This document shows positions 61,411-64,000 of a stretch of DNA of 64,000 bases, piece by piece. The notes under the pieces were generated by a model. It was given only the letters and a program-made list of their open reading frames with translations, was not told the origin of the DNA and made no database searches. Origin of the DNA: Bispira polyomma (taxonomy: Eukaryota); contig OZ287756.1 of NCBI GenBank assembly GCA_965649765.1, positions 55,056,001-55,120,000 on the forward strand, written 5' to 3'. Every line of letters begins with the position of its first letter. The stretch's first letter is position 1. Position numbers and translations under genes: made by a program.

Positions 61411-64000
61411 ATTATTTATTATTATTATTATGGATTTTTAACGCGCTTTATTGATGCTAGGCATCTTCTAAAGCGCAACAGCAGAATCATTAGTCCAATC
61501 ATTAAGTCCGTGGAAATTGCAAAGTCGTAAGGAAGGAAGTGGGAGCGTGCACGAGGAAAGCTAAGGTGGGTAGGCAAGATTAAAAAGATAGGTCTTAAGC
61601 TTTTTCCTAAAACCAATAAGCGTATCAACTGATCTGAGGTCGACTGGGAGACTGTTCCATAACCGTGGAGCTGCAGTGGAGAATACTCTGAAACCCGCCT
61701 TTCTGATTGGTCTGACCAAAGTGACAGAGAGTCTGTTTCCTCTCTTACGGTTACTGAAGGAAAGAAGGGAGGCAAGGTAGGGTGGCTGTTGAGTGACTAC
61801 AGCCTTAAAAGTGGTAACGTGAATCTTAAACAAAATTCGAGATTCAATGGGCAACCAGTGTAATTTTTTGAGGTAAGGAGTGACATCTGTGCGACAACCC
61901 AGGCGAAAAATGACCCTACATAGGTAGTTTTGGATGGACTGGAGCTTTTTAATGTTTGACTTGTTTGCTTCGTACAAGAGAGAATTGCAGTAGTCTAGGC
62001 GGCTACTCACAAGGGCATTTGCCACAGTTATCGCTGTGTCCATGGACAAGTGGTTTCTGATTCTTTTGATGTCACGTATGTGGTAATAGCAGGAGCGACA
62101 GATGTTGGCAAAATGCGTAGTGAACGAAAAAGCTGAATCAAAAGTGACACCCAGGTTTTTAGCATTTTCGGAAGGTAGTATGTCTTTTCCCAGCAGGGAG
62201 ATGGGAAACAAAGATTTTAGGAGTTCACTGTTTTTCTTGTTTCCTATGAGGATGAATTCTGTTTTGTCCGGGTTAAGCTTTAGTTTGGAGTAGTTCATCC
62301 ACGCCTGGACATCAGACAGACAGTCTGCAAGTAGGTCTATGTTAGTATCTGCATTTTGTGGATTGAGGGAGAGATAGACTTGAGTGTCGTCTGCGTACAT
62401 GTGGTGCTTTATATTGTGTTTATTGATGACAGTGCTGAGAGGATGTGTATAAAGGGTGAAAAGTAGAGGACCAAGGACGGATCCCTGGGGTACTCCATAT
62501 GGAAGTTTTATGGAAGATGATAGGTGATCATCTAGTTTAATTCTTTGTGCTCTAAGAGTAAGGTAGGATCTGATCCATTTAAGGACACTGCCATTTATAC
62601 CGAACCACTGCTTGAGAGTGTCACAGAGCAGGACATGATCAATAGTGTCGAAAGCAGCTGAGAGATCTAGAAGGGTGAGGGCCACTGTGTCATTGCGGTC
62701 CAGTGCAAGATTGATATCATTGCTAATTGAAAAAAGGGCACTTTCTGTAGAGTGAAATTTTCTATAAGCAGACTGATGGCGATTTTGAATGTTTTGTCTA
62801 TTAAGGTGGTCAGAAATTTGTTTAGCTACAGCTTTCTCGATGACTTTTGAGACGAAGCTGAGGTTTGACACCGGTCTGTAGTTTTTGAGCTGGTTTTTAT
62901 CAAGCCCTTGTTTTTTAATCAAGGGAGTTACGTTTGCCGTCTTGAAACAGGTGGGAAAAACACCATCCCGAAGAGAAAAATTTAATATATTTGTTATGGG
63001 TGTGACAAGAATGTCAAGACATTGACTCGGTATAATTGCTGGGATGGGATCTAAGTCACAAGAGTTAATGGTAGAGGATTTGATGAGTTTCAGAACTTCA
63101 GGCTCTGACAGTGTACTAAAATGAAACAGGTTACAAACCTTATATCCTGGGGCTGGAGGGTTGAAGTGATGTATCGTTGGGAAGGCGTCACGAATTTTGC
63201 TGATTTTTTCAATAAAAAATTTTCCAAATTTTTCTGCTAAAAAAGTAAGGCAGTGGTTTATGGGGAGAACTTTCTCTGATGTTCGATGTAGAATTTTGTT
63301 TATGGAGGCCCATAACCTTTTGGGATTATCCTGATTTTCAGTGATGATGGAGTCGTAGTGTTGCTTTTTGGCATCAGTTATTAACCTGTTGTAATTATTT
63401 GTGGCGATACGGTAACGGCTTCTGTCTAAGGACGATTTTGTGCGTCGCCATTGACGCTCAAGTTGGCGTTTGCGTCTTTTGGCCTCTGTAATGGCGGCAT
63501 TGGTCCATTCATGGGTGTTAGTTGGGGGAAGGGTTTTTGATACCCATGGCGCATGTTTATCGAGGACAGTAGAAAGGCAGTGATTGTATTGTAGGCTAAG
63601 GCTTTCAGCATTTATGCATGGATTTTTGGTGAGATTAGTTTCCAGGATATCGTCTCTAAATTTGTTTATATTGATTTTTCTGATGTTTCTGTATTTTATG
63701 ACACGTGGTCTATGTGAGGCAGGTATTGGTAAATTTAAATAGGCGAAGGTTGCTAGGTGATCTGAAATCACATCAGTTACCCATGATTCTCTGATGAGAT
63801 TTGAATTTGGTCTTGCGATTACCAGATCGAGTATGTGACTGTGGATGTGGGTTGAAGTAGAAATAAACTGTGAGAACCCAAAAGTGTCGAGGAGGGTGTT
63901 GAAATCTTTTGTCGTAGTATTTTCTATGTCAAGCTTGATGTTGAAATCACCAAGGATGATAGCTTCAAATGGGAGAAGGTTGAGGGTCTCTAGGAATTCG
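61411..64000 (-). mobile_element. L2/Crack-clade LINE, 3' portion (continues beyond the window)
   Basis: Uninterrupted ORF2, a 3' UTR of about 130 nt, and a (TAA)n tail at 61411-61430. Confidence 0.95.
61561..63999 (-). CDS. LINE ORF2 (APE endonuclease C-terminal part + reverse transcriptase)
   Basis: The frame is open to the window edge. Endonuclease motifs IILGDFN, ILDLV and ISDH; RT motifs NYRPVSNL, LDLSAAFD, GVPQGSVLGP and YADD; L2-type end FRKKLKTYLF. Confidence 0.95.
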   Translation of the reverse strand, partial: EFLETLNLLPFEAIILGDFNIKLDIENTTTKDFNTLLDTFGFSQFISTSTHIHSHILDLVIARPNSNLIRESWVTDVISDHLATFAYLNLPIPASHRPRVIKYRNIRKININKFRDDILETNLTKNPCINAESLSLQYNHCLSTVLDKHAPWVSKTLPPTNTHEWTNAAITEAKRRKRQLERQWRRTKSSLDRSRYRIATNNYNRLITDAKKQHYDSIITENQDNPKRLWASINKILHRTSEKVLPINHCLTFLAEKFGKFFIEKISKIRDAFPTIHHFNPPAPGYKVCNLFHFSTLSEPEVLKLIKSSTINSCDLDPIPAIIPSQCLDILVTPITNILNFSLRDGVFPTCFKTANVTPLIKKQGLDKNQLKNYRPVSNLSFVSKVIEKAVAKQISDHLNRQNIQNRHQSAYRKFHSTESALFSISNDINLALDRNDTVALTLLDLSAAFDTIDHVLLCDTLKQWFGINGSVLKWIRSYLTLRAQRIKLDDHLSSSIKLPYGVPQGSVLGPLLFTLYTHPLSTVINKHNIKHHMYADDTQVYLSLNPQNADTNIDLLADCLSDVQAWMNYSKLKLNPDKTEFILIGNKKNSELLKSLFPISLLGKDILPSENAKNLGVTFDSAFSFTTHFANICRSCYYHIRDIKRIRNHLSMDTAITVANALVSSRLDYCNSLLYEANKSNIKKLQSIQNYLCRVIFRLGCRTDVTPYLKKLHWLPIESRILFKIHVTTFKAVVTQQPPYLASLLSFSNRKRGNRLSVTLVRPIRKAGFRVFSTAAPRLWNSLPVDLRSVDTLIGFRKKLKTYLFNLAYPP

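Noticed and set aside
52801-64000. Diversity-generating retroelement (RT next to variable repeats)
   Set aside because: The nearby RTs are ordinary L2 LINE and Ngaro enzymes. There is no invariant template repeat, and the loop substitutions are not restricted to adenines.

Overview
AT-rich, repeat-dense animal genomic DNA. The repeat types (tRNA-head SINEs, pearl/HINE-like Helentron relatives, L2 LINEs, a Ngaro element) suggest an invertebrate, possibly a mollusc or other lophotrochozoan; this is an inference. One host gene runs along the + strand: a spliced ankyrin-repeat gene with exons at 8146-8467 and 27752-28003, then a tandem array (52801-59796) of eight complete and three partial exons. 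Each complete array exon is symmetric (phase 2-2) and encodes about two ankyrin repeats. The array introns (549-550 bp) are almost identical, while the exons differ mainly in one inserted loop, by non-synonymous changes and in-frame 9-bp expansions. This looks like an exon-level diversification system for a recognition protein. An older duplicate of the unit (44557-44845) lacks exactly the exon and its splice sites. Every unit also carries a candidate mini terminal exon (acceptor, 12 codons, stop overlapping AATAAA). The introns hold a near-intact Ngaro tyrosine-recombinase retrotransposon (11998-18901) whose gag and pol are in frame across a single TAG. They also hold nested HINE/mariner elements, an intragenic segmental duplication, SINEs, minisatellites and an L2 LINE with an open ORF2 running off the window end. 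The 3' end of the ankyrin gene is not identifiable here. All coordinates and identities were read by eye.
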